A stretch of DNA of 35,106 nucleotides from Bacteroidales bacterium (GCA_028282585.1 JANQHR010000010.1:1-35106); one strand, 5' to 3'. Positions 21,156 through 31,261 are shown, counted from the first letter of the stretch. The notes: a model not told the origin generated them from the letters alone. A program made the numbers and translations.

Positions 21156-23522
21156 TTAGAAAGGGTAACCTATCCCGATGTTAATTGTAAAATCGTCTTC
21201 CCATCTTAAATCTCTATTTCCAATTATCCAACGTTCGCTTCCCGGTAAAGCCGGATCTCTTAATTTAACACCCAAATCTAATCTAACAATAACAAATGAG
21301 AAATCTAACCTGGCTCCTGCACCAGAACCAACTGCAAATTCTTTAAAAAATTCATCTTTACGAAATAATCCTCCTTCAAACTCGTCTGAATTAAGGTTCC
21401 ATATATTACCAAAATCCAAAAATAGTGCCCCTTCCAACAACCAAAACATTTTAAACCTATATTCCAAGTTTGCCTCTAATTTGATATCTCCTGTTTGATT
21501 GGGAAAACGCGTCCTTGATCCTCCCGAATAAGAACCAGGTCCCAAATCTCTTACATTCCATGCTCTAATACTATTTGCACCTCCGGAAAAATACATTTTT
21601 TCGAAAGGCAAAGAAATTGAATTTCCATATGGTATACCAATCCCACCAAATAATCTATACGCAATAGTTTTTGAATTATCGATTACATCATAATACCTAA
21701 AATCAATATCAAATTTTGCATACTGAGAAAATGGAATATTTAGAACAGTATACCTCCCGTTTTCATCTTTAGGTGCTTTAGTTAGTTCACTTATACCTGC
21801 CAAAATGTTACCAGATATTTCTGTGCTTAGTTTTAAAAAGTAAAAATCACGCGTCTTTTTTATATCTTGGTTATTAAAAATCAAAGTATAATTTGAAACA
21901 GAAACCAAGTGATTATCATAGCTACTTCTCAAAAAAGATGAATCGATATAATTCTCAAATTCTTCTGATGCATATGGAAGTTCTACTGCATTTAACTCCA
22001 ATAGTTTTATTGAGTGCCTTAAATATCTGTTTCCATCCCAGAAGTATCCATATGACATATTGGTTATGGATCTTCTATAATCAATTCGATCTTGAAAATT
22101 ATAACCAGCTGTTATCTGAGTTTTCGGACTATATTTTTTACTAAATTTTTCAGCTTTAAAAATTGGTAAAATAAACTTTGGAATGCTTACTCCAACATTT
22201 GCTCCAAGTTCTGTTGTATAATCATTTCCTGCTATATTTTCTTCATCAATTTTTTCAATTGCTCCGTTTATCCTGAAATCAGTAACCTCTGCACCTCCGA
22301 ACAAACTCCTGTGCTGATATAAAAAGCTTCCTCCAACTCCTATATTTCCATAAGAATTTGTTCCCTGTAATTCAATGGTATATGATTGTAAATAGAATTT
22401 TGTTAGTTTTATATTACAATCTATATAACCTACAAGGCTTGTATCGTTTTGTAATGAATCAACTTTATCAAACTGAATATTAATTATTTTAAATAATCGT
22501 AATGAGTTTAAGTGTTTATAGGTTCTATTTACATGACTCAATGAATAAAACTCATTTTCCTGAATAAAGTTTGACTGGTTAATTACCCTTTTATTAAGTT
22601 TATCTTCTCCTTTTGTAATATAGTAAATTCCATCAATATAAGTTGTATCAACATCTTTATAGTAATCATCTCCAAGACTCAAAGCTTCTTTTTGGTCGAA
22701 ATTTGTAAAAACATAAACCTTGTTAATTTTATATTTTTTATGATGTGTTTTATGAATAATATTATCCAGTTTTTTTTGCTGGACCTGGTGAATATTCAAG
22801 ACTAAATCAACTTCGTTATTTTTTGCTGAACTATCTGCCTGATAAAAAACAAACTCTTTGTTAAAACCATAGTAACCCTTATTCTTTAAATTTTCTTCAA
22901 TTCGCTTTCGTTCATCTTCTAAAATATCTAAATCGAAGTTGTCACCAATTTTTATAACCGTATTAATCGTATCTGGCAAAAAGTCTTTTGCAAGAATCGA
23001 ATCATTGCATTTAAACCTTATACTGCTTATCTTATAAGGTTCGTAAACCTCAATATTGTATTGAATTCTTGCTCTTTTTCTTTTTAATTGAACTGTGTCA
23101 GTTACAATGGAGTTATAATATCCTTTATTGTTAAAATATGTTTTAAGATAATCTACAGACTTTTCAGCTAAAAATTCATCATAAATGACAGGCTCCTCTC
23201 CAATTTTTCTAAGCCAATTACTTAATCCCCGATCGCTATCTTTGTTAGATAAATTGTACATGCCAAGGTGAAACCGAATTCCTAACACTCGTTTATTTGG
23301 CTTTTGTCTGACATAATTTTTGATTTCGTCTTTTTTGACTTTTCCTTCGCGAACTTTTATTCGATATCTATCCAGTAAGTATTGATCTTCGGGAACATAT
23401 TTCACAGGGCTACATGAAGATAAAGCGTAGAGCAAAAGGATTACGCATAATCCTTTATTTCTTACAGTTGATTTATTTGACCTTGTGAAAATTCTCAAAG
23501 CTTTAACTATATTTACATTCAA
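21156..23522 (-). CDS. tamL: Omp85-family outer-membrane lipoprotein TamL-like (POTRA + beta-barrel); start uncertain
   Basis: Lipobox ALSSC; IGEEPVIY; GGANSIRAW..R.LGPG; C-terminal IGYPF. Confidence 0.8.
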   Translation of the reverse strand: MNVNIVKALRIFTRSNKSTVRNKGLCVILLLYALSSCSPVKYVPEDQYLLDRYRIKVREGKVKKDEIKNYVRQKPNKRVLGIRFHLGMYNLSNKDSDRGLSNWLRKIGEEPVIYDEFLAEKSVDYLKTYFNNKGYYNSIVTDTVQLKRKRARIQYNIEVYEPYKISSIRFKCNDSILAKDFLPDTINTVIKIGDNFDLDILEDERKRIEENLKNKGYYGFNKEFVFYQADSSAKNNEVDLVLNIHQVQQKKLDNIIHKTHHKKYKINKVYVFTNFDQKEALSLGDDYYKDVDTTYIDGIYYITKGEDKLNKRVINQSNFIQENEFYSLSHVNRTYKHLNSLRLFKIINIQFDKVDSLQNDTSLVGYIDCNIKLTKFYLQSYTIELQGTNSYGNIGVGGSFLYQHRSLFGGAEVTDFRINGAIEKIDEENIAGNDYTTELGANVGVSIPKFILPIFKAEKFSKKYSPKTQITAGYNFQDRIDYRRSITNMSYGYFWDGNRYLRHSIKLLELNAVELPYASEEFENYIDSSFLRSSYDNHLVSVSNYTLIFNNQDIKKTRDFYFLKLSTEISGNILAGISELTKAPKDENGRYTVLNIPFSQYAKFDIDFRYYDVIDNSKTIAYRLFGGIGIPYGNSISLPFEKMYFSGGANSIRAWNVRDLGPGSYSGGSRTRFPNQTGDIKLEANLEYRFKMFWLLEGALFLDFGNIWNLNSDEFEGGLFRKDEFFKEFAVGSGAGARLDFSFVIVRLDLGVKLRDPALPGSERWIIGNRDLRWEDDFTINIGIGYPF

Positions 23523-23552
23523 ATTTACAGGACTTCAGATATACATTGTAGC

Positions 23553-24329
23553 ATGCTCAGCAAAAATAAAATTAAATTCATAAATTCCATTAAAAAAAAG
23601 AAATACAGAGATATTCATCAATACTTTTTTGTTGAAGGTGAAAAATTAGTTGACGAACTATTGCATTCTGATGTTCAAATAATTAGCGTTTTGGCTGTTA
23701 AGGACTGGATCGAAAAAAAACAGTCAAAATTAAGTAATCTAACTGATATTGAGATTATTGAAGTAACGGAAGAAGAACTAAAAAAAATAAGCGCCTTAAC
23801 AACTCCAAACAAAATATTGGTTATTGCAAAGCAACCTTCTCATTCATTTGAAATAAATGAAATTAAAGAAAAACTTAATATTTTCCTTGATAATATCAAG
23901 GACCCGGGTAATCTTGGTACAATAATCAGAATAGCAGATTGGTACGGAATTAAAAATATTTTTTGTTCTAGTGAAAGTGTGGATGTTTTTAATCCTAAAG
24001 TTGTTCAATCAACTATGGGAGCCATTTTTAGAACTGAAATTCATTATGTTGATTCATCAAACTTTCTTAAAAAACTACAGCAATTAAATAATTTTAATAT
24101 TTATGGGACCTTTTTAAAAGGAGATAATATTTATAAAACTGAATTAAGCAAAAATGGAATAATTATTATGGGAAGTGAATCGCATGGTATATCAGATAAA
24201 ATAAAACCGTTTATCAATAAACAACTTTTTATTCCTAATTATCCTTTAGATGCTAAAACATCAGAATCTCTTAATATTTCTATTGCTACAGCAATTGCTT
24301 GTTCTGAATTTAGAAGAAGGATCATGTGA
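23553..24329 (+). CDS. TrmH/SpoU family RNA methyltransferase
   Basis: DPGNLGTIIR, MGSESHGI, SESLNISIA SPOUT motifs. Confidence 0.92.
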   Translation: MLSKNKIKFINSIKKKKYRDIHQYFFVEGEKLVDELLHSDVQIISVLAVKDWIEKKQSKLSNLTDIEIIEVTEEELKKISALTTPNKILVIAKQPSHSFEINEIKEKLNIFLDNIKDPGNLGTIIRIADWYGIKNIFCSSESVDVFNPKVVQSTMGAIFRTEIHYVDSSNFLKKLQQLNNFNIYGTFLKGDNIYKTELSKNGIIIMGSESHGISDKIKPFINKQLFIPNYPLDAKTSESLNISIATAIACSEFRRRIM

Positions 24330-24330
24330 T

Positions 24331-25041
24331 TTATTCAAAATGCAATGAAACCATAAACATTCTAGATTTCATTTTATCAATTGAATTTGCAAATTCCGGA
24401 TAGTCGTCATAAGGTTGCGAAGAAATCACATTTAAATTCCCGACCGAATACTTAATTTCCGTGGAAAATTTAAAATATGCCAAATAAAAATCAATTCCTA
24501 CACCAATTTCATAATAAATATCAAAAGGAACTAATTTGATATAAATTTCCTCATCTTCATTAAACTCTTTGTTTCGAGCCATATCATTTCGAATATTTAT
24601 TCCTCCTATTAAATACGGCCTTGTATTATTTATTCGGACAGCCTTGTATTTTAATGATAAGGGTAAATCAATAAATGTTGATTCGATTTTCATTTCAGAA
24701 ACCACATTTTGATTTGCGTCATAAAAAAGTATTTTCCTTTGTCCCAGCGAAATACCAGGCAAAAATCTTAAATTCCAGTTATCGTTCAATCTTAAATCTG
24801 AAATAATTCCAACATGAAAGCCAGGTACTAAATCATTTATCTCGGGAACTAAAACAGTTGAATCGACTCCATAAGGTTGCATTGATGGAGTAATACCAAA
24901 ATCCATGGTATTAAACCCAACAGTAAATCCAAAATGAATTTTTTTATGATCTACACCTTGATAGTTTAATGTTATTTCATCCTGAGCAAAAAGTGCAAAA
25001 GAAAAGAAAACAAAATATATTATGCTAACTATTTTTTTCAT
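24331..25041 (-). CDS. porT: PorT/SprT-family outer-membrane beta-barrel (type IX secretion component)
   Basis: Signal peptide; IHFGF..G.N..DF, GFHVGII.DLRL...NLRFLPG, GIDFY..YFKFS.EIKYS.G, terminal HFE; position between menG and trmH. Confidence 0.78.
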   Translation of the reverse strand: MKKIVSIIYFVFFSFALFAQDEITLNYQGVDHKKIHFGFTVGFNTMDFGITPSMQPYGVDSTVLVPEINDLVPGFHVGIISDLRLNDNWNLRFLPGISLGQRKILFYDANQNVVSEMKIESTFIDLPLSLKYKAVRINNTRPYLIGGINIRNDMARNKEFNEDEEIYIKLVPFDIYYEIGVGIDFYLAYFKFSTEIKYSVGNLNVISSQPYDDYPEFANSIDKMKSRMFMVSLHFE

Positions 25042-25099
25042 CCGACATCAAAACTTCCTAACGTATAATTTATTGCAATTATTATGAAATGAGTAGATT

Positions 25100-25822
25100 T
25101 TACTTTTCAGCAACATATAATGTTGCTATTCCAAAACTTAAAGGTTTAAAAATACAATTTTTAAATCCAACTTTTTCTAACTCTGTAATAAATGATTCCC
25201 TTTCAGGGAATTGGTTTACGGATTCAGGTAAATATGTATATGCAGAATTATCTTTTGAAACAATTTTTCCGACTGAAGGTAGAACAAACTTAAAATAGAA
25301 ATTATAAATCTGCTTTATTGGAAAAACTTTTGGTTTTGAGAACTCTAAAACAACCGCCTTTCCTCCTTCTTTAACAACTCGGTACATCTCGTTTAAGCCT
25401 TTATTCAGATTCTCGAAGTTACGAACACCAAACGCAACTGTTAATCCATCAAATGTATCAGATTCAAATTCTAAGTTTTCCGAATCACCTCTTTTTAGTT
25501 CAATAATATTACCAAGTTTCTTTTTCTTGATTTTCTTAATACCAATATTCAGCATCTCTTGTGAAATATCGATACCAACTATTTTTTCAGGATTAATTTT
25601 TAATGCAGCTATAGCAAGATCTCCGGTACCGGTTGCAACATCCAGAATTACAGGATTTAAAGAAATACCTCGAAGATATCGAATGGCCTTTTTTCTCCAA
25701 ATTTTGTCAACTCCAAGAGACAGAAAATGATTTAAAAAATCGTATCGTCGGGCAATATTGTTGAACATTCTAACAACCTGTTCCTTTTTGCCCGACTTAT
25801 TGTCTTTATATGGTGTAATCAC
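25100..25822 (-). CDS. menG: Demethylmenaquinone methyltransferase MenG/UbiE
   Basis: MFNNIARRYDFLNHFLSLG, ILDVATGTGDLA, AFGVRNF, AYTYLPESV; GTG start. Confidence 0.93.
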   Translation of the reverse strand: MITPYKDNKSGKKEQVVRMFNNIARRYDFLNHFLSLGVDKIWRKKAIRYLRGISLNPVILDVATGTGDLAIAALKINPEKIVGIDISQEMLNIGIKKIKKKKLGNIIELKRGDSENLEFESDTFDGLTVAFGVRNFENLNKGLNEMYRVVKEGGKAVVLEFSKPKVFPIKQIYNFYFKFVLPSVGKIVSKDNSAYTYLPESVNQFPERESFITELEKVGFKNCIFKPLSFGIATLYVAEK

Positions 25823-25828
25823 TAATTT

Positions 25829-28051
25829 TTAATCTTCTTTCAGATAATTTTCTAATGCATTATCGTAAAGTTTCTTAATATCATTAACAAAACCATACGA
25901 ATTATCGTCAATTCTTAGTTCGGATTTAGTTACATGACCTAACGCAGAAAAAGGAACTTTATTTTCAATCATAAAATCAATAAAATGGTCTTCATTTGTA
26001 GGCGAAACGCTTACTACAACTCTACTTTGCGATTCTCCAAACAAGAATGCATCTTTTCTGACTTCAGCATCCGGAGTAACATCAAACCCAAATCCCTTAA
26101 CCATTGCAGATTCAACCAAAGTAACGAATAAACCTCCATCAGCTACATCATGAGCCGATAAAATCAGGTTTTTACTAATCAATCCTTTTATTGCTTCCTG
26201 TACTTCATGTTCTTCTTCTAAATCGAAGAAAGGTACCGGTGAAGCATCAATTTTATGAATGTAATTTAAATACTCCGAAGAGTTTATATCTTCTCTCGAT
26301 TTACCAATCAAATAGATCATATCGCCTTTATTTTTAAAGGCAATACTCATCTGGTCATTTTTATCTTCGATTAATCCAATCATTCCGATAGTTGGTGTTG
26401 GATTAATTGGTTCTGTTCTTCCTTCAATCTGCATTTGATTATAGAAACTCACATTACCACCTGTAACCGGAGTATTAAATTTTTTACATGCGTGTCCCAT
26501 TCCTTTAATAGCACCAACAAATTGCCAATATGCTTCAGGATTATAAGGATTTCCAAAATTCAGGCAATTAGTAACCGCTAATGGTGTTCCTCCGGAGCAA
26601 ACAATATTTCTTGCTGCTTCCGAAACTGCAATTTCAGTTCCCTTTTGCGGATCAGCTTTAACATAACGTGAGTTACAATCAACTGTCATAGCTAAAGCCC
26701 GATTTGTTCCTTTTATATTATAAATTCCTGCATCGGACGGGAAATTTGTACTCATATTACCTGTTCCAACCATTGAATCATACTGCTCAATCACCCATTT
26801 CTTAGAGGCAATATTCGGGCTTTGTAATAAATCTTTAGCAGTTTCTATATAATCTTCCGGTTCAAGAACATCTTCTATTTTAAACTTCTGATATTCTTTA
26901 TAATACGTTGGTTCCTTATATTCACGCTCGTAAATCGGAGCCCCACCTCCTAAAACTAAAGTCGATGCAGGTACTTCTGCTATCAGTTCATCATTCTGGA
27001 AAAAATATAATTTATCTTCATTAACAACCTCTCCGATAATTTCGCAGTTAAGGTCCCACTTATCAAATATTCTTTCTACCGAATCTTCTTTACCTTTCTC
27101 AACAACAACAAGCATTCTTTCCTGCGATTCTGATAATAAAATCTCCCATCCTTGCATATCTTTTTGGCGCAAAGGAACTTTATCCAAATTAACCTTCATT
27201 CCATGTCCGCCTTTTTCCGACATTTCAGACGTAGAACAAATAATGCCTGCTGCACCCATATCTTGCATTCCAACTACAGCTCCACTTTTATTCAATTCCA
27301 ATGTAGCTTCTAACAATAGTTTCTCCATAAATGGGTCTCCAACCTGAACTGATGGTAAATCTTCAGCAGAATCTTCTGTTAAATCGGCTGAAGCAAAAGT
27401 AGTTCCATGAATACCGTCTTTACCGGTTCTTGAGCCAACTATATAAACAGGATTTCCAACACCCTTCGCGATTGCCGATATGGTATCTCCTTTTTCCATA
27501 ATACCAACAGACATTGCGTTAACCAGTGGATTAGAGTTATAACATTTATCGAACATTACTTCGCCTCCTAAAACAGGGATTCCAAATGCATTTCCATAAT
27601 CACCGATTCCTTTTACGGCTCCTTTTAAATGCCATTTTGTTGTATCTGCACTTATATCTCCAAAACGAAGCGAATTTAACTGTGCCACCGGGCGGGCTCC
27701 CATCGTAAAAATATCACGGTTTATACCTCCTACGCCTGTTGCAGCTCCTTGATAAGGTTCAACAGCTGATGGGTGATTATGAGATTCAATTTTAAATGCA
27801 CATGCTAGTCCATCACCTATATCAACCAATCCTGCATTTTCTTCTCCTGCTTCAACTAACAACTGTTTACCTGTTCGTGGCAGAGTCTTTAACCACTTGA
27901 TTGAGTTTTTATAAGACGCGTGCTCAGACCACATTACAGAGTAGATACTTAACTCGGTAAAGTTTGGCGTTCTTCCTAAATATTCTTTGATTTTTTCAAA
28001 TTCTTCCGGTAATAATCCTAATTCTTCGGCAGTTTTTACGGTAACTTCCAT
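25829..28051 (-). CDS. purL: Phosphoribosylformylglycinamidine synthase subunit PurL (small type)
   Basis: 740 aa; MWSEHASYK, KIESHNHPS, GAATGVGG, QDMGAAG, LSESQERM, NCLNFGNP; no glutaminase domain. Confidence 0.96.
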   Translation of the reverse strand: MEVTVKTAEELGLLPEEFEKIKEYLGRTPNFTELSIYSVMWSEHASYKNSIKWLKTLPRTGKQLLVEAGEENAGLVDIGDGLACAFKIESHNHPSAVEPYQGAATGVGGINRDIFTMGARPVAQLNSLRFGDISADTTKWHLKGAVKGIGDYGNAFGIPVLGGEVMFDKCYNSNPLVNAMSVGIMEKGDTISAIAKGVGNPVYIVGSRTGKDGIHGTTFASADLTEDSAEDLPSVQVGDPFMEKLLLEATLELNKSGAVVGMQDMGAAGIICSTSEMSEKGGHGMKVNLDKVPLRQKDMQGWEILLSESQERMLVVVEKGKEDSVERIFDKWDLNCEIIGEVVNEDKLYFFQNDELIAEVPASTLVLGGGAPIYEREYKEPTYYKEYQKFKIEDVLEPEDYIETAKDLLQSPNIASKKWVIEQYDSMVGTGNMSTNFPSDAGIYNIKGTNRALAMTVDCNSRYVKADPQKGTEIAVSEAARNIVCSGGTPLAVTNCLNFGNPYNPEAYWQFVGAIKGMGHACKKFNTPVTGGNVSFYNQMQIEGRTEPINPTPTIGMIGLIEDKNDQMSIAFKNKGDMIYLIGKSREDINSSEYLNYIHKIDASPVPFFDLEEEHEVQEAIKGLISKNLILSAHDVADGGLFVTLVESAMVKGFGFDVTPDAEVRKDAFLFGESQSRVVVSVSPTNEDHFIDFMIENKVPFSALGHVTKSELRIDDNSYGFVNDIKKLYDNALENYLKED

Positions 28052-28092
28052 TTTACAAAATTTAATAAATTAATAGTTGGTTAAAGACTTAG

Positions 28093-28100
28093 CAAATATA
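28093..28100 (-). promoter_or_regulatory. -7 promoter element for purL-menG-porT
   Basis: TATATTTG about 41 nt upstream of ATG. Confidence 0.55.
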
Positions 28101-28268
28101 ATTAACTCTAAAATTTTAACCACATTAAAATCTATTTTTTAACTTTTTCGAAGTTATTAATTGCTAACCAAACATTAAATTAAAAAAATATACTGGGTTT
28201 TCTATTTAAATTTATTTTGATAATTTCATAAAAGAGAACGCAAAATAGATACGCTAAAATCGCAAAGC

Positions 28269-28645
28269 ATGCACGAAAATGACATATCATATAAAATAAT
28301 TGGAGCTACAATTGAAATTCATAAGAATATTGGCCCCGGATTATTGGAATCCGCTTATGAAAATGTGTTAGCCTTTGACTTAAAAAGATGGGGTTTGAAG
28401 TAAAACAACAAGTACCAATGCCATTTATTTACAAAGAAATTAAGCAAGATGTTGGTTACAGGATTGATTTAATAGTAAACAAAAAGGTTATTATGGAAGT
28501 TAAAACTGTTGAGGCTTTAATTCCTGTTCATTATTTACAATTACTTACTTATTTGAAGTTATCAAAATTGAAACTTGGTTTACTTATAAACTTCAATTCC
28601 AAATTCTTGAAAGATAGTATACACAGAGTAGTTAACAACTTATAA
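28269..28645 (+). pseudogene. GxxExxY family protein (PD-(D/E)XK-like), frameshifted
   Basis: 28269-28403 encodes MHENDISYKIIGATIEIHKNIGPGLLESAYENVLAFDLK then stops; the other frame continues MGFEVKQQ...RIDLIVNKKVIMEVK...QLLTYLKLS...GLLINF; one extra A in the A5 run (28382-28386) restores a 125-aa protein. Confidence 0.85.
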
Positions 28646-28756
28646 ACTTAACCGGCTTTGCGTTTATATTCTACGAGCTTTACGCGGAATAATAAATATG
28701 ATTTTTACTATTTTTACCAATTCAATAAATAATCAGTATTATAACAATTTTAAAAT

Positions 28757-29515
28757 ATGAACAGAATTGCATTAATAACAGGGGCAACATCAGGTATTGG
28801 TAGAGCTACAGCTGTTGCATTATCAGAAAAGAATTTCGATGTTATTATAACCGGCCGAAGAAAAGAACTTTTGGAAGATTTAGAAAAGGAATTATTAGAC
28901 AAATCATCAGGAAAAGTACATATGTTACATTTTGATGTACGAAAAAAAGAAGAGGTGGATACTGCAATTGATAGTTTACCTCAAAAATGGCAAAACATTG
29001 ATGTTTTAGTAAATAATGCCGGTTTAGCAGTTGGATTAGAACATATTCACGAAGGTTTTATTGATGACTGGGAAAGAATGATTGATACCAATGTTAAGGG
29101 ACTTCTATATGTAACAAGAAAAATCGCACCAAAAATGGTTGAAAGGAAACGTGGACACATTGTAAATATTGGATCTACCGCCGGAAAAGAAGCCTACGAA
29201 AAAGGTAATGTTTATTGCGGGACAAAACATGCTGTAGACGCAATAACTAAAGGGATGAGAATTGATATGTTAAAACATAACGTTAAAGTAACAGCTGTGA
29301 ATCCGGGAATGGTGGAAACCGAATTCTCGCTGGTAAGATTTAAAGGCAATGAAGAAAAAGCAGATGGCGTATACAAAGGGTTTACTCCGTTATATGGAAA
29401 AGATGTTGCAGATGCTGTTTTATATGTTGTAACAAGACCTGAACATGTGTGCATAAATGATATGATTTTAACTGCAACCGCACAGGCTAATTCTTTTTAT
29501 AAAATAACGAATTAA
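28757..29515 (+). CDS. SDR family NAD(P)-dependent oxidoreductase (YdfG-like)
   Basis: TGATSGIG, LVNNAG, YCGTK (YxxxK), PGMVETEFS. Confidence 0.92.
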   Translation: MNRIALITGATSGIGRATAVALSEKNFDVIITGRRKELLEDLEKELLDKSSGKVHMLHFDVRKKEEVDTAIDSLPQKWQNIDVLVNNAGLAVGLEHIHEGFIDDWERMIDTNVKGLLYVTRKIAPKMVERKRGHIVNIGSTAGKEAYEKGNVYCGTKHAVDAITKGMRIDMLKHNVKVTAVNPGMVETEFSLVRFKGNEEKADGVYKGFTPLYGKDVADAVLYVVTRPEHVCINDMILTATAQANSFYKITN

Positions 29516-31261
29516 TTAAAAACGAGAAATATATCCGAAATGAATTTTAGCAGTTCGAATTTCAACAGGATTTTCGAACTGCTTTCCTAAAGCATAGCTT
29601 AGAGAAAAAATTCCCGCTTTGGTTTCAAAATCCATTCCAATGCCAAATCCCCAAGGAAAATCTTCAGTCACGCTTTGCGCAACATTTTTGTAATAATATG
29701 CTCCGTTCCAGAATACGTAAAAAGCAGAGTTCTGTTCAAACAAATATCTAACTTCAATATTTTGCAATGAGTAAACAGAGGCCAAGAAAATACTCTCATC
29801 AAATCCTCGTAATGATTTAGCACCGCCAAAGCGATACAATTCATTTTCAAAAAAGACAATATCTTTTTCTTCGTTTCCAAACTGATCTAAATATCGTGTT
29901 GTATTTCCAAAATGAAAAACAATATTTTTATAGATTGGATAATAAAAACCTAAATCCAGTCCAGCTTCGGCTTCAATAGTTCTGGTATCTGTATTGAGAT
30001 TTAAACTATCATCCAAATTCTTAGAATCCACAATATTCTTAAATCCTGCTCCGGCAAAAACATTTATTTCTATCCCTTTACGCGGATTAAATCGGTAGTC
30101 CAGTTTATTTAGATAATATGATGCTCCAAAAATATTTGATTTTACATCTGCATAATTAATGGAAGAACTCCTGTCTTCTTCTTCTCCAATTCGCGAAGAA
30201 CTTTTATATCTATAATATGTCTTTAAATAGTTAGCAGGATTCAAAAATAACTTTAATCCCAGGTCTGTATTTAAAGATAAGTATGTAGAATCTTTTTTGT
30301 ATAAACTAAAACCAAAATCGAAACCTATGTTCGTTTTTAGAAGATACGGATATTGAAAACCAACATTTAATTTCTGTGTTGATGATTCCATTTTCTCCCA
30401 TTGCAAATATATTTCCTCTCCTCTTCCAAACGGATTTACAAGATTCAGATTTAATTCTCCCGTAATAAGCAATCTTCCGGTTTCTTCCTCCCGATCATTA
30501 TCGGGATCAGGAAGAAATCCAATGATCCCATTAAACATATTTGCTTTCTTATTTTGTAAATACAGATAAAGATCAACCTGATCTTCCTTAAACTCAATTT
30601 CCGCAGGTTTGATTTCAGATAAAAATCTAATATTATTAATTTGATTTGTTACATCATTTATCTTTTCCTGATTAAAAACTTCTCCCTGGTGCAGTTGGAT
30701 TGTTTTTTTTATGTACGATGATGAAATTTTAGCATCACCCTTTATAATGATACTATCCAAAGTATAATAATCTCCTCTATTCACTTTTATCTTTGCATAT
30801 ATCGAAGAATCTTTGATAGTAGCATCTGAGAAATTAACCTGAGCAAATGGATATCCCGAATTAACATAATAGCGTAATATATCTGATCTTATTTTGTTTA
30901 ATTCTGCCATATTAATAATCTCAAACTTCTTTTTATTAAGCCTAAGATCATCTATAACTCCTTTTTCGAGTTCATTAAAATCAAGCTTACCCCATGTATA
31001 TTGCCTACCAATATAAATACTTGCAAATACCTCATTTTCATCATATTGTAAACTATCTAAACCGGCAGCTAAATAACCATCATTTTGAAGATCATTTAAA
31101 AGTTTTTTTAACTTTTGCTTTATTTCTATGCTATCACCCAGAAAATTCTGATAAGATTCTACAAGTTTATTTTCAGGTTGTATAAATAGTTTATAATTCT
31201 GAGCATCCAGGTTTGAACAGAATAGTGTTAATATAATGATTATTTGGATTAAGTGTCTCAA
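29516..31261 (-). CDS. Omp85/TamA-like outer-membrane protein with POTRA domain(s)
   Basis: Signal peptide; NSGYPFA POTRA motif; FGGAKSLRGFDE; C-terminal HFGYISRF; TTG start. Confidence 0.8.
   Translation of the reverse strand: MRHLIQIIIILTLFCSNLDAQNYKLFIQPENKLVESYQNFLGDSIEIKQKLKKLLNDLQNDGYLAAGLDSLQYDENEVFASIYIGRQYTWGKLDFNELEKGVIDDLRLNKKKFEIINMAELNKIRSDILRYYVNSGYPFAQVNFSDATIKDSSIYAKIKVNRGDYYTLDSIIIKGDAKISSSYIKKTIQLHQGEVFNQEKINDVTNQINNIRFLSEIKPAEIEFKEDQVDLYLYLQNKKANMFNGIIGFLPDPDNDREEETGRLLITGELNLNLVNPFGRGEEIYLQWEKMESSTQKLNVGFQYPYLLKTNIGFDFGFSLYKKDSTYLSLNTDLGLKLFLNPANYLKTYYRYKSSSRIGEEEDRSSSINYADVKSNIFGASYYLNKLDYRFNPRKGIEINVFAGAGFKNIVDSKNLDDSLNLNTDTRTIEAEAGLDLGFYYPIYKNIVFHFGNTTRYLDQFGNEEKDIVFFENELYRFGGAKSLRGFDESIFLASVYSLQNIEVRYLFEQNSAFYVFWNGAYYYKNVAQSVTEDFPWGFGIGMDFETKAGIFSLSYALGKQFENPVEIRTAKIHFGYISRF

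Noticed and set aside
28378-28390. Programmed -1 ribosomal frameshift in GxxExxY
   Set aside because: C_TTA_AAA does not fit an X_XXY_YYZ slippery heptamer, and no clear stimulatory hairpin follows
279-31185. Short antisense or off-frame ORFs inside core genes (e.g. 279-512, 2013-2285, 9899-10306, 13282-13635, 21178-21498, 29212-29454)
   Set aside because: They overlap well-supported genes and have no recognisable motifs; consistent with shadow ORFs
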